A stretch of 54,453 nt of DNA, taken from positions 1 through 54,453 of the forward strand of contig JBAZJZ010000004.1 in the NCBI GenBank assembly GCA_041650995.1, given 5' to 3'. Within the stretch, counting starts at the first letter, position 1, and every line of letters starts with the position of its first letter. Shown in pieces: positions 10,768-19,797 of this stretch. Below the pieces are notes generated by a model, which was not told where the DNA came from, did no database searches, and saw only the letters and a list, made by a program, of their open reading frames with translations. This stretch comes from Patescibacteria group bacterium (lineage in GTDB: Bacteria; Patescibacteriota; Patescibacteriia; XYB2-FULL-38-15). The translations under genes and the position numbers were made by a program.

Positions 10768-10823
10768 AATTATAAACTTTGTTAATAAAATTAGCGGAAG
10801 CAAAGCAACAGATGCCTTCCCGC

Positions 10824-11456
10824 CTATTCTTTATCAGTAAATACCACCAACCTCCTAGGATAACTTTTGGAAATTTTATTCCAAGTTCCTTCACAAGTGA
10901 TGAGATTGAGGTGGACTTTCCCATCAGTTGAAACAAACACGCCTGAAGCCTTTGCCTTCGGATCATACGTCCGAAATTCACGCACCACAAAAGTAGCAGT
11001 CACTCCTTTTTCATCTTCAACGTACAGCTTGTCTCCCTTACGTAATTTATACAAATTATTAAAGACTCCTACTTTACCATTTTTCCAATAACCATAGTGG
11101 CCGGTAATAATTGCGCTACCCTTATCTCCGGGACGCGGTCCGAAATTAAACCAGGCAGCGCTGGTGGGATCTTTCGGCACGCCCACTGCTCCCTTGGTTG
11201 TAAGACCAACGTGCTCGAGAGTAGTGTCAATATTAATCTTAGGAATTTTAAGACGCACAGGTAACCCATAAACTGCTTGTTCTTTTTTCTGAAGAACGAC
11301 TGCATTTTGAATAAGCGGCGCCGAACCGCTCTGGGTTGAATTTATGGGAACAATATAAAAAAGAAGTGCCAAAGAGAGAATAAACCCCAAGAGAACAAAC
11401 TTGAACAACGTTCCCTTTGGTAATATTTTTAATTGTGAACTTTTCAAGGAGGTCAT
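10824..11456 (-). CDS. Sortase family transpeptidase (class E/F-like)
   Basis: 210-aa ORF with an N-terminal TM anchor. It has a catalytic-His region (AIITGHYGYW), the TLxTC-type motif LITCEG and a downstream Arg (YPRRLVVF). Confidence 0.85.
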   Translation of the reverse strand: MTSLKSSQLKILPKGTLFKFVLLGFILSLALLFYIVPINSTQSGSAPLIQNAVVLQKKEQAVYGLPVRLKIPKINIDTTLEHVGLTTKGAVGVPKDPTSAAWFNFGPRPGDKGSAIITGHYGYWKNGKVGVFNNLYKLRKGDKLYVEDEKGVTATFVVREFRTYDPKAKASGVFVSTDGKVHLNLITCEGTWNKISKSYPRRLVVFTDKE

Positions 11457-11526
11457 AGCGTAAATGGCCCCGCCAAAGACGGGGCCATTATTTTGGCAAA
11501 TTTTTTAATCTTCTCGAGCGCCTAAA

Positions 11527-13389
11527 CTAAATTGTGCCTTTTTTTAGAACTGCAGTAAATGAGATTACGGCCAAGATAAAAATACCAGAGAGTATAATGA
11601 TGTCCCACGGAATGTTTTTCCCTTCAGAAGAAAGCCCCGTGCTGGGCAGTGCCGGAACAGCGGTAGCCACAGTAACCGTGGCGATCGCTAAATCTCTCAC
11701 GGTCATACCGTTAGCAACACCCTCTGCGATGGCCGTGTTCAGTGTGGTTTCCGTGAGATTCGTCCGACAAGTGTAGGTCCAGGTTTCCGTAATATCAAGT
11801 TTTGAATCGCCATTCGTGTCGCCGGAAATATAATTCATAGGACTGCACTTGTCATCAGAGAGAATAACATTGCTTAACGCAACCGTTCCAGGATTCGTAA
11901 TTTTTTCGGTGTAGGTAACCATCCCACCTCCCGCGGAGAGAGTGAGCGGATTCGGAACTTTTGTCACGTGGATCAAAGGCGGCACTGTCGGCAAACCAAC
12001 AACAACCGTAGCACTCGCAATGTCAGTTGCGCTTATGCCATTGGCCCATCCTGTCGCAACAACGGTGTTCGTATGAGTTTCCGAGAGCGTCGTCGAGCAG
12101 GTGTATGTCCATGTCTCACTTACTTGGAGGATGGCGTCTGCGTTAGTGTCCCCGGAAACCAAGGTTATGGGACTGCAAGTATCGCCGATCATCGTCACGT
12201 CGGTCACCGGGACTGTTCCGATATTACGAAGTGTATAGGTATACGCCACGGAGCCAGAACCAGCCGGCAGGGCCAGCGGGCTTGGGACTTTTACCACATC
12301 GATCAGGGGCGGCACGGGCGGGACAACCACGGCCGGGCCGATGTCGTTATTCGTAACAATGCAAAATTTGTGTTCACCCGGACCAAGATTTATGTGACCG
12401 GTCGCGTCGCAATCGCCTGAGAATGTTTGGGTGTAATTTGGATCGGTAGTTTCAGTCACGGCGTGCGTAGGACTCGCCGTGAAAGAATTATTTTCCCCGG
12501 AGGAAACTTGCCTACCGCTAACAAACAGCGGAAAGTCAGCAACTGTTTTGGTCCCGCCATTATCGTTAATGACTGTTTTAACAACGTTAATTGTTCCGAT
12601 TTGTGTCGACCCTCCCGAAGTGGGCGGAGGCGTGACTGCGCATATCGGTACGGTAATGGTGTCTGTATCAGCCGTAACCGTTCCGCCGTATGCCAAAGCT
12701 TGTCCTAGCCATGATACAGTGCTGCCGATGGTAATGCCTGCGGCATCAATGACCGTTCCTACAAACGTAGAATTGGCGCCAATTGTTGTGGCCGCAGCTG
12801 GAGCCCAAAATACATCACACTCTGATGCGCCACCAGTTAATGCAATAGTTGAATTGGCTGCTGGATTAAGCTCAGCGGGCGTCCTGAAAATGTAGGTTCC
12901 AGTGCCTTGGAGAGTCACTGTCGTGCCTGTGGTTATATTCATTGCGCCAGTACTAGAATAACAGCCAGGAGTAAAAGTTCCGGGAGGAAGAGGTCCGGCA
13001 CCATCAATATCAATTGCATTAAGAGCAACAATAGCACCGATAGATGTACAGGTTTGAATATTGAGACCGTCAACGGCATTATTTAGAGCAGCGTTCTGAT
13101 CTAACCCTGCTTGGGCATATGCGGCATTGTTCACTTGTGTTGTGCCAGTAACTGCGAGTGTTGCACCACCGCCTGGGAATGCTCCAACATATCCGAGAGC
13201 TGCTGTTCCAGCAACTCCGGTAATTGTTGTTAGCCCGGTGTTATAGTTAAAGGTGTCGGCAAGAACACCGTAGGTTGACGCCGTCCCAAGAGATGGTGAC
13301 GTTGCCGCTAGCGCAGGAATCGGCCCGACCAGACCGAGCACAAAGGCAAAACCCAACACAACTACTAAAATCTTACTAGATGTTTTCAT
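11527..13389 (-). CDS. LPXTG-anchored surface protein with an ice-binding-like (DUF3494-type) N-terminal domain and two DUF11-like repeats
   Basis: 620-aa ORF with a signal peptide. The N-terminal region is a Thr/Gly/Ala-rich beta-solenoid type (LGTASTYGVLA ... IGANSTFVGTVIDAAGITIG). There are two repeats of ~115 aa (VPPLI.V.KVP.PL.L.AGGG.V.YT..I.N.GTV....V...D.CSP). The C-terminal sorting signal is LPSTG, then a TM segment, then KKGTI. The gene sits directly upstream of the sortase. Confidence 0.85.
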   Translation of the reverse strand: MKTSSKILVVVLGFAFVLGLVGPIPALAATSPSLGTASTYGVLADTFNYNTGLTTITGVAGTAALGYVGAFPGGGATLAVTGTTQVNNAAYAQAGLDQNAALNNAVDGLNIQTCTSIGAIVALNAIDIDGAGPLPPGTFTPGCYSSTGAMNITTGTTVTLQGTGTYIFRTPAELNPAANSTIALTGGASECDVFWAPAAATTIGANSTFVGTVIDAAGITIGSTVSWLGQALAYGGTVTADTDTITVPICAVTPPPTSGGSTQIGTINVVKTVINDNGGTKTVADFPLFVSGRQVSSGENNSFTASPTHAVTETTDPNYTQTFSGDCDATGHINLGPGEHKFCIVTNNDIGPAVVVPPVPPLIDVVKVPSPLALPAGSGSVAYTYTLRNIGTVPVTDVTMIGDTCSPITLVSGDTNADAILQVSETWTYTCSTTLSETHTNTVVATGWANGISATDIASATVVVGLPTVPPLIHVTKVPNPLTLSAGGGMVTYTEKITNPGTVALSNVILSDDKCSPMNYISGDTNGDSKLDITETWTYTCRTNLTETTLNTAIAEGVANGMTVRDLAIATVTVATAVPALPSTGLSSEGKNIPWDIIILSGIFILAVISFTAVLKKGTI

Positions 13390-13463
13390 ACGTTTTACTA
13401 AGCATTTATTAATTATTATATTTTAAGCGAATTATTTATCAATTATCACCGAGCTGAAATTGA

Positions 13464-13604
13464 TTATTTTCCCCTGATAATCCTCAACAGAATCATAATA
13501 ATGGCAATGACAAGAAGAACATGGATAAACCATCCTATTACTGGAAAAGCGATGAGCCCGACAAGCCACAGAATTAGGAGCACAATTCCAATAGTTACAA
13601 GCAT
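13464..13604 (-). CDS. lmo0937-family small membrane protein
   Basis: Sequence is MLVTIGIVLLILWLVGLIAFPVIGWFIHVLLVIAIIMILLRIIRGK, a 46-aa two-helix protein typical of this family. The track ORF extends to a TTG at 13676, and the start is uncertain. Confidence 0.65.
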   Translation of the reverse strand: MLVTIGIVLLILWLVGLIAFPVIGWFIHVLLVIAIIMILLRIIRGK

Positions 13605-13753
13605 AGGATTAGTGTTAAACGTTAGAGTCTCTTTATTTATATATCTTACCACACCCTTAACTTTTTGTGATGTCAACCCTGTGGATAAAATATCGCCACT
13701 TTAAAAAATACTGAGGTCTTTTTTGTTATAGTTTGATATAATAATACAATATG

Positions 13754-13879
13754 CCCCGTTAGAAGTCCTTGGCAGAAAAAATAATTTTTTTCTGATTCAG
13801 AGAGCAGGGTAAATTACATAAAATACACTCTTTTATTTATGCTTATAATTTATAACAATTACATAGACTTCTAACGGGG
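13754..13879. repeat. 126-bp segment bounded by perfect 14-bp inverted repeats, immediately upstream of polX
   Basis: CCCCGTTAGAAGTC (13754-13767) and GACTTCTAACGGGG (13866-13879). The interior holds a nested 9-bp hairpin CAGAAAAAA/TTTTTTCTG and an extended -10-like TGCTTATAAT. Confidence 0.7.
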
Positions 13880-13880
13880 T

Positions 13881-15629
13881 ATGACAAATTTAGAAATTGC
13901 CAAAATTTTCCGGGAAATGGCGGCGCTTTATGAAATGAAGGAAATCCAATTTAAACCACGCGCTTACGAAAGAGTGGCGCGAAGTTTAGAATCGCTTGGA
14001 AAAAGCGCGACAGATATTTACCGTGAAGGCGGACTTTCGGCTTTGGAAAAAATTCCCGGCGTTGGCCGCGGAATCGCTTTACACATTGAAGAACTTTTAA
14101 AAACCGGTAAATTAAAAATTTATAAAAAATTAAAAAAATCTATTCCTGTTGATTTAGACGAGCTGCTTTCCATTGAAGGCATCGGTCCAAAAACTATTCA
14201 GATTTTGTATAAAAAATTAAAAATTAAAAACATTGCCGATTTGGAATCTGCGGCACTTTCCGGAAAAATCGCAAAGCTCCCCCACTTCGGCGCCCAAAGC
14301 CAGGAAAAAATTTTAAAGGGATTGGAATTTCATAAAAAAAGCCATGGCCGATTTTTGCTTGGCCACGTTCTGCCCATCGCCCGGGAAATCGAAGCCCGTC
14401 TTCGAAAAATTCCCGGAGTGGATAAAGTCCAAACCGCGGGCTCAATCCGCCGCCGACAGGAAACCATCGGCGACATTGATACTTTGATTACAGCCAAACA
14501 TCCAAAAAAAGTTATGGAAATTTTCACGCGCATGCCTGAAGTTGACGAAGTGCTATTGCGCGGCCCAACTAAAACTGCTGTTCGCCTAAAATTTGGCATT
14601 CAAGCTGATGTTAGAATTCTTCCGCCCGAAGATTATGGCGCGGCTCTACAATATTTTACCGGCGACAAAAACCATAATATTGAAACCAGAAAAATCGCCA
14701 TCAAAAAAGGTCTGAAACTTAGTGAGTATGGAATTTTTCGCGGCAAGAAAAAAATCGGAGGAAAAACCGAAGAAGAAATTTATAAAATCTTAGGAATGGA
14801 ATGGATGGAGCCTGAGCTTCGGACCGCGAGCGGCGAAATTGAGGCGGCCTTTCGACAAGCTCAGGGTAAACCTAACGGATTGCCAAAAATTGTCGGCTAC
14901 AAAGATATTCGCGGCGATTTACATGCCCATACAAAATGGAGCGACGGATCAAACACAGTCGAGGAAATGGCGCTCGCCGGAAAAAAATTGGGCTATGAGT
15001 ATATTTCTGTTTCTGACCATGTTGGCACTTTGCACATTGCCCACGCCATGGATGAAAAAAAATTTTTACAACAAATTAAAAAAATTGATAAATTGAACGC
15101 CGATTTTGCCAAGAAAAAAATTGGGATAAAAATTTTAAAAAGCGCTGAAACAAATATTTCCGTGGACGGGGATATTGACTTGCCCCACAACATTTTAGAA
15201 AAATTAGATATTGTTTTGGCTGGCGTCCATGATCATTTTAATTTACCCAAAGAAAAAATGACCGCGAGAATTATCCGCGCCATAAAAAATCCAAATGTCA
15301 ATATTATTGTCCATCCGACCGGACGAGTAATTTTTCAAAGACCGGCATACGAAATGGATTTGGATAAAATTTTAAAAGCGGCAAAAGAATTTGGCGTAGC
15401 TATGGAAATTAATGCGTTTTTTGATCGTCTGGATTTGCGCGATGAAGATATTAGAAAAGCTGTTAGGCTCGGAGTAAAAATGGTAATCTCAACTGATGCG
15501 CACAATAAAAACCAACTTAATTTAATGGAATATGGCATTGCTCAGGCGAGACGCGGTTGGGCGACGAAGAAAGATATACTAAATACTTGGCCGCTAGAGA
15601 AACTCCTTGATTGGTTTAAAGGAAAGTGA
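13881..15629 (+). CDS. polX: DNA polymerase X family protein with a C-terminal PHP phosphoesterase domain
   Basis: 582-aa ORF with N-terminal HhH motifs (IPGVGRGIALHI, IEGIGPKTIQ). The pol-beta catalytic region is GSIRRRQETIGDIDTL. The PHP motifs are GDLHAHTKWSDG and SDH. Confidence 0.92.
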   Translation: MTNLEIAKIFREMAALYEMKEIQFKPRAYERVARSLESLGKSATDIYREGGLSALEKIPGVGRGIALHIEELLKTGKLKIYKKLKKSIPVDLDELLSIEGIGPKTIQILYKKLKIKNIADLESAALSGKIAKLPHFGAQSQEKILKGLEFHKKSHGRFLLGHVLPIAREIEARLRKIPGVDKVQTAGSIRRRQETIGDIDTLITAKHPKKVMEIFTRMPEVDEVLLRGPTKTAVRLKFGIQADVRILPPEDYGAALQYFTGDKNHNIETRKIAIKKGLKLSEYGIFRGKKKIGGKTEEEIYKILGMEWMEPELRTASGEIEAAFRQAQGKPNGLPKIVGYKDIRGDLHAHTKWSDGSNTVEEMALAGKKLGYEYISVSDHVGTLHIAHAMDEKKFLQQIKKIDKLNADFAKKKIGIKILKSAETNISVDGDIDLPHNILEKLDIVLAGVHDHFNLPKEKMTARIIRAIKNPNVNIIVHPTGRVIFQRPAYEMDLDKILKAAKEFGVAMEINAFFDRLDLRDEDIRKAVRLGVKMVISTDAHNKNQLNLMEYGIAQARRGWATKKDILNTWPLEKLLDWFKGK

Positions 15630-15651
15630 TAGGATTTTAAAAACAAAACAC

Positions 15652-15737
15652 GCCCGGGTGGTGAAATGGTATACACGCAAGACTTAAAATCTTGTGACCG
15701 AAAGGTCGTGAGGGTTCGAGTCCCTCCCCGGGCACCA
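15652..15737 (+). tRNA. tRNA-Leu (anticodon TAA), CCA encoded
   Basis: Acceptor stem GCCCGGG/CCCGGGC. Anticodon stem CAAGA/TCTTG with loop CTTAAAA. It has a long variable arm (GACCGAAAGGTC), a T arm GAGGG-TTCGAGT-CCCTC and a 3' ACCA. Confidence 0.93.
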
Positions 15738-15897
15738 GAATTAAACTCAGGCTTTGACCTGTTTTTTTTGTTTCATAATTTTATTGCCAAAAAAAGGAAA
15801 ATAAGATAAAATGAATTAACTAATTATATTCTTCGAGCGAGCACAGCGAGTCGAGAAGCCGACCAAATTTTAACTTCTCGACGGGCAAATTTGGCCT

Positions 15898-16920
15898 ATG
15901 TCTGATGACCGAATAATTGAACCCAAAGAACAAAATGAAGACCAAGTGTTTGATATGACACTTCGGCCCAAAGTTTTGTCTGAATATATCGGCCAAGAAC
16001 AGATTAAAAAAAATCTGGAAATTTTTATTTCCGCGGCAAAAAAAAGAAAAGAACCGATTGAACATGTTCTTCTTTACGGCTGCCCTGGCCTTGGGAAAAC
16101 CACGCTTGCCCACGTCATCTCAAACGAAATGGGCGCCCAAATCCGCATTACTTCCGGTCCGGCGATTGAACGAGCCGGCGACCTCGCGGCAATTCTCACA
16201 AACCTCGGCGAAGGCGATATTTTATTTATTGATGAAATCCATCGCCTAAATAAAGTGATCGAAGAAGTTTTGTATCCGGCGATGGAAGAATACGCGCTGG
16301 ATCTTGTAATCGGGAAAGGTCCGGGCGCGCGAACGGTTCGTCTGGATTTACCTCGTTTCACGATCATTGGCGCCACGACAAAAGTCAGTATGATTTCTTC
16401 GCCGCTCCGCGACCGCTTTGGCGCGACATATCATTTAAATTTTTATGAAGACGAAGACATCGGAAAAATTATTAACCGTAGCGCGAAAATTCTAAACATT
16501 AAAATTGACGACAACGCCGTAGAGCTTTTAGCCAGCCGTGCCCGAAAAACTCCGCGCGTCGCGAACCGCATTTTAAAACGCGTCCGCGATTACGCTGAAG
16601 TCAAAGCAAATGGTATAATAACAACGGAGCTGGCGGAGGAAGCGTTAAAAAATTTAGGCGTTGACCAGTTTGGTTTGGATCAAATTGACCGACGCATTCT
16701 TGAATCAATCATTAAAAAATTTCAAGGTGGCCCAGTCGGTTTAAATACTCTTTCCGCCGCAACCGGCGAGGAGCAGGCCACGATCGATGAAGTTTATGAA
16801 CCGTATCTTCTTCAGCTTGGTTTTATAAATCGCACCCCACGCGGCCGAATTGCCACCGAAGCGGCATATAAACATTTAGGTATTGATATTCCAAAAAATT
16901 TGCAAGAAAAATTAGTTTAA
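15898..16920 (+). CDS. ruvB: Holliday junction branch migration DNA helicase RuvB
   Basis: 340-aa ORF with a Walker A motif ([11 protein letters not shown]) and a Walker B motif ([10 protein letters not shown]). The RuvB-type C-terminal winged helix includes PRGRIAT. Confidence 0.95.
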   Translation: MSDDRIIEPKEQNEDQVFDMTLRPKVLSEYIGQEQIKKNLEIFISAAKKRKEPIEHVLLYGCPGLGKTTLAHVISNEMGAQIRITSGPAIERAGDLAAILTNLGEGDILFIDEIHRLNKVIEEVLYPAMEEYALDLVIGKGPGARTVRLDLPRFTIIGATTKVSMISSPLRDRFGATYHLNFYEDEDIGKIINRSAKILNIKIDDNAVELLASRARKTPRVANRILKRVRDYAEVKANGIITTELAEEALKNLGVDQFGLDQIDRRILESIIKKFQGGPVGLNTLSAATGEEQATIDEVYEPYLLQLGFINRTPRGRIATEAAYKHLGIDIPKNLQEKLV

Positions 16921-16927
16921 ATTTCTT

Positions 16928-17158
16928 ATGACCCTTTCCGTTTTTCTTATCGTCTATTACGTTTTCCTTGGGCTTTTTAGTTTGTTTGCACTTTTCGCAA
17001 TTTATCACTTGGTGCGTTTTATCCCGCCGACTTCCGCGGCCTTTTTTACTTTATATATTTTTTTGGCGGGTGCGGCCATAATTATTTTTGCTAGCTGGCA
17101 GGAAATCCGGCTGATCGACTGGACACAACCATTTTTTACTTTGGATTTTTCTTTATGA
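16928..17158 (+). CDS. Small hypothetical membrane protein
   Basis: 76-aa ORF with two hydrophobic helices. Its stop overlaps the next start (ATGA). Confidence 0.55.
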   Translation: MTLSVFLIVYYVFLGLFSLFALFAIYHLVRFIPPTSAAFFTLYIFLAGAAIIIFASWQEIRLIDWTQPFFTLDFSL

Positions 17159-17721
17159 GTATTTATGTAAAAAAATTCATCGCGCAAAAATCTTACGAAA
17201 AAATAATTTATTTTTTGCGGCGGGATACAATTGTTTATATAAAACAATTAATCCTTTTTGTTTTTCTCTTGGCAATCCCCATTGGCCTTTATTTCTTTTT
17301 CCAAAATACTTTTCCTTCGCTTTTTCTAAATACCATAATCTATCCGCTGCTCATGCTCCTCGCGAGCATTTACTATTTAACTGTCTGGCTCGTGGCCTTT
17401 ACCGCTTTTATTGATTATTATTTAGATTTTTGGGTTGTCACAAACGACAGAATAATCAATGTTGAGCAGCGCCTTTTTTCCCGAACTATTTCCGAACTGG
17501 ATCTATATAAAATTCAAGACGTCACTGGCCAAAGCAAAGGATTTTTACAAACGATGTTTGATTATGGAAATGTTTATGTCCAGACGGCCGGGGCAACGGG
17601 ACGTTTTAATTTTGAGGAAGTTCCCGGTCCGCGAGAAATAGCGAGTAAGATTATTATCTTAGCTGAAGAAGATAGAAAATATCATATTAAAGAATCTCAT
17701 CCGACGGGCGGAACAATTTAA
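17155..17721 (+). CDS. Membrane protein with a bacterial PH (YdbT/DUF304-like) domain
   Basis: 188-aa ORF with two TM helices, followed by LDLYKIQDVTGQSKGFLQTMFDYGNVYVQTAG. Confidence 0.7.
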   Translation: MSIYVKKFIAQKSYEKIIYFLRRDTIVYIKQLILFVFLLAIPIGLYFFFQNTFPSLFLNTIIYPLLMLLASIYYLTVWLVAFTAFIDYYLDFWVVTNDRIINVEQRLFSRTISELDLYKIQDVTGQSKGFLQTMFDYGNVYVQTAGATGRFNFEEVPGPREIASKIIILAEEDRKYHIKESHPTGGTI

Positions 17722-17731
17722 AAACATATTT

Positions 17732-17762
17732 AAAACACTCCGAACAAAATCGGAGTGTTTTT
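17732..17762. terminator. Bidirectional terminator between convergent genes
   Basis: A 10-bp stem AACACTCCGA/TCGGAGTGTT with a 6-nt loop, flanked by an A-run and a T-run. Confidence 0.8.
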
Positions 17763-17782
17763 ATATCTTTATAATTTGTTGA

Positions 17783-19612
17783 CTAATAAATTGTCTTCAG
17801 TTCCACGCCAGTATAATAATGTTTTAGTATCTGCTCAAAGGTACTGCCGGCAAGAGCCATGCCGCGCGCGCCGCGCGCTGAAAGCCCGACACCATGACCG
17901 AAAAGATTCATCCCGGCGCAATTTGGATCCGGCCGCGAAACAAGCCAAGCTTTTCCTGTTCCCCACCAAACTTCTTCCCAGGCTCTCGTTCGTCCATCAC
18001 TTTGGGAAAAATACGGCGTAACAACAATTTCATTATTATAGGTAACCACTATACCGCGCGTGTCTTCTACTGCTTTCACAAAATTCGGCAAACGAATTTC
18101 CGAGTTGTAGCCGCGGTATACTTGATCGTAAGAACTGGCGTTCAAGTGAAAATTTCCTGCCGGATGTTTTCCGCCAATATTAATGTTATATTGGGCGAAA
18201 GTGCGAGCGGCAATGGCAAGCGCCCGGTGATATTCAGCCGGATTATTATTTGATGATTCAGCCAAACCTTTCAAATATGTTTCAAGAGGTAATTCATTAA
18301 TCATGTAAAGTTTTTCCCGATCTTCACTCCAGCGCAATTCTAGGTTACCACGAAATTTATTGTCGTTTAACGATGTATTCCACGCCGGACGATCTTCAAA
18401 ACTCGTAATTTCAAAAATTGTATTTAAATCCGGCGCGACAAATTTAAGATAAGAAAGATTATCTCTAATTACGCCGCCAAGCGCCACCGAATAAGTTTTT
18501 GCCGTAAAATTGAAAGCGGCGGTAACCGTAGCCCCGGCCGGAACGGAAAAAATTAAATTGTTTTCAGCGTCACGAACTTCAAAGGCGGTATTGGCGCGAA
18601 GAGTTTCCGCGGTCGTTGTGTTATAAAGCCCTACTCTCATTACCGACTCTGGAATGGCGACAACCGTCGGGGCAATAACCGGCGTTTCCACCGTTCCAGA
18701 AATTTTTATCGGTAAAATTACCTCTCCACCCGTAATTATTTTTTCACTATTCATTAAAACAAAGCTTGGGTTGTAATCGCCACCTAAATTCCCGACTAAA
18801 GAAAAACTAAAATATCCGATCTGTCCCGGCAGCGTTGTCCCGGAAACAGTTGCCGGACAACTTGCTGAAAGCCAATTTGTATCGCGGAAAGGTTCGGTCG
18901 CGGTCGTTCCTCCGACGCAAATTTTTACCAAATTAGCACCGCTTGTTTCCCAAGCATTTTGCCCAATATTTTTAAATCCCACTATAAAATTATTTTTCCC
19001 TCCGCCGGCCAGGGCGACCGCCTGGCTGCTTTGAATCAATTTTACGGCCGCGAAATTTTCTGCCGTAGTCGTGGCTGCGGAAGTTGGACTGCTTACGACT
19101 GGAGTTTGCACGGAAGCTGTTCCGTTTGTCACATTAACTGGCAAATCGATTACGCCGCCGGGAATCCACGTCAAATTTTCCGCCGCCAATTTTAATCTGA
19201 TGGTGTAAAATCCCAAAAGCTCCGGAGCTTTGAGCGCGAAACGAAAATGAGCTGTTTCACCAGGTAAAATTTTTGTTTCTAACATTTTTCCCGGCTGTTC
19301 AATCGTATACCAATAAGGATGATACAATTGCCGGCCGGCGCTATCCACATAAAGAGAAATATAATTGCTGCTGGAATTTGACCAAGCCACCGTACCAATA
19401 TTTTTAAAAGCCGCTTCAAAAGTTATTGCTTTGCCTGGAGCCAAAGTCAACGAACCAAAACTCTGAGAAATTTTTTGTGCGGTATATCCGGCTACTGCCG
19501 CCTCCGCGCCGCCGGGCATTAAATTAAAAATAAAAGCCAGGACCGCCGCCAGCAGAAATCCTGACAAAAACTTTTGCCCTCGATTTATTTTTTTATTTTT
19601 TCTTTTTTCCAT
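17783..19612 (-). CDS. SpoIID/LytB domain-containing protein with N-terminal Ig-like repeats
   Basis: 609-aa ORF with a signal/anchor sequence. It has two repeats carrying FKNIG..AW. The C-terminal SpoIID region includes ETYLKGLAES, ALAIAARTFA, YDQVYRGY and TPYFSQSDGRTRAWEEVW. Confidence 0.88.
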   Translation of the reverse strand: MEKRKNKKINRGQKFLSGFLLAAVLAFIFNLMPGGAEAAVAGYTAQKISQSFGSLTLAPGKAITFEAAFKNIGTVAWSNSSSNYISLYVDSAGRQLYHPYWYTIEQPGKMLETKILPGETAHFRFALKAPELLGFYTIRLKLAAENLTWIPGGVIDLPVNVTNGTASVQTPVVSSPTSAATTTAENFAAVKLIQSSQAVALAGGGKNNFIVGFKNIGQNAWETSGANLVKICVGGTTATEPFRDTNWLSASCPATVSGTTLPGQIGYFSFSLVGNLGGDYNPSFVLMNSEKIITGGEVILPIKISGTVETPVIAPTVVAIPESVMRVGLYNTTTAETLRANTAFEVRDAENNLIFSVPAGATVTAAFNFTAKTYSVALGGVIRDNLSYLKFVAPDLNTIFEITSFEDRPAWNTSLNDNKFRGNLELRWSEDREKLYMINELPLETYLKGLAESSNNNPAEYHRALAIAARTFAQYNINIGGKHPAGNFHLNASSYDQVYRGYNSEIRLPNFVKAVEDTRGIVVTYNNEIVVTPYFSQSDGRTRAWEEVWWGTGKAWLVSRPDPNCAGMNLFGHGVGLSARGARGMALAGSTFEQILKHYYTGVELKTIY

Positions 19613-19797
19613 CGCGGGCTTCTTTTAAAAATTAACTATATACTATATTATACTAAAAAAATCTCGCGCGGTCAATTTCTGGCCATTGACGGCCTCCTAC
19701 TATTATAGACGAATATTACGCTAAAAAATTACACGCTATTATCCGCCTGGTGAAAATGATATAATAGAGTAATCGTAATTTTTAATTTTGATCTTTC

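Noticed and set aside
11527-13389. Elevated GC (about 50%) of the LPXTG surface protein gene as a fourth foreign island
   Set aside because: The elevation is moderate and is explained by the Gly/Ala/Thr/Pro/Val-rich composition. The gene is functionally paired with the adjacent sortase, which has normal composition.
19671-19690. Short inverted repeat GTCAAT-N8-ATTGAC in the SpoIID/flippase divergent intergenic region
   Set aside because: It has only 6 bp per arm in AT-rich DNA, so it is compatible with chance. No second copy was noticed.
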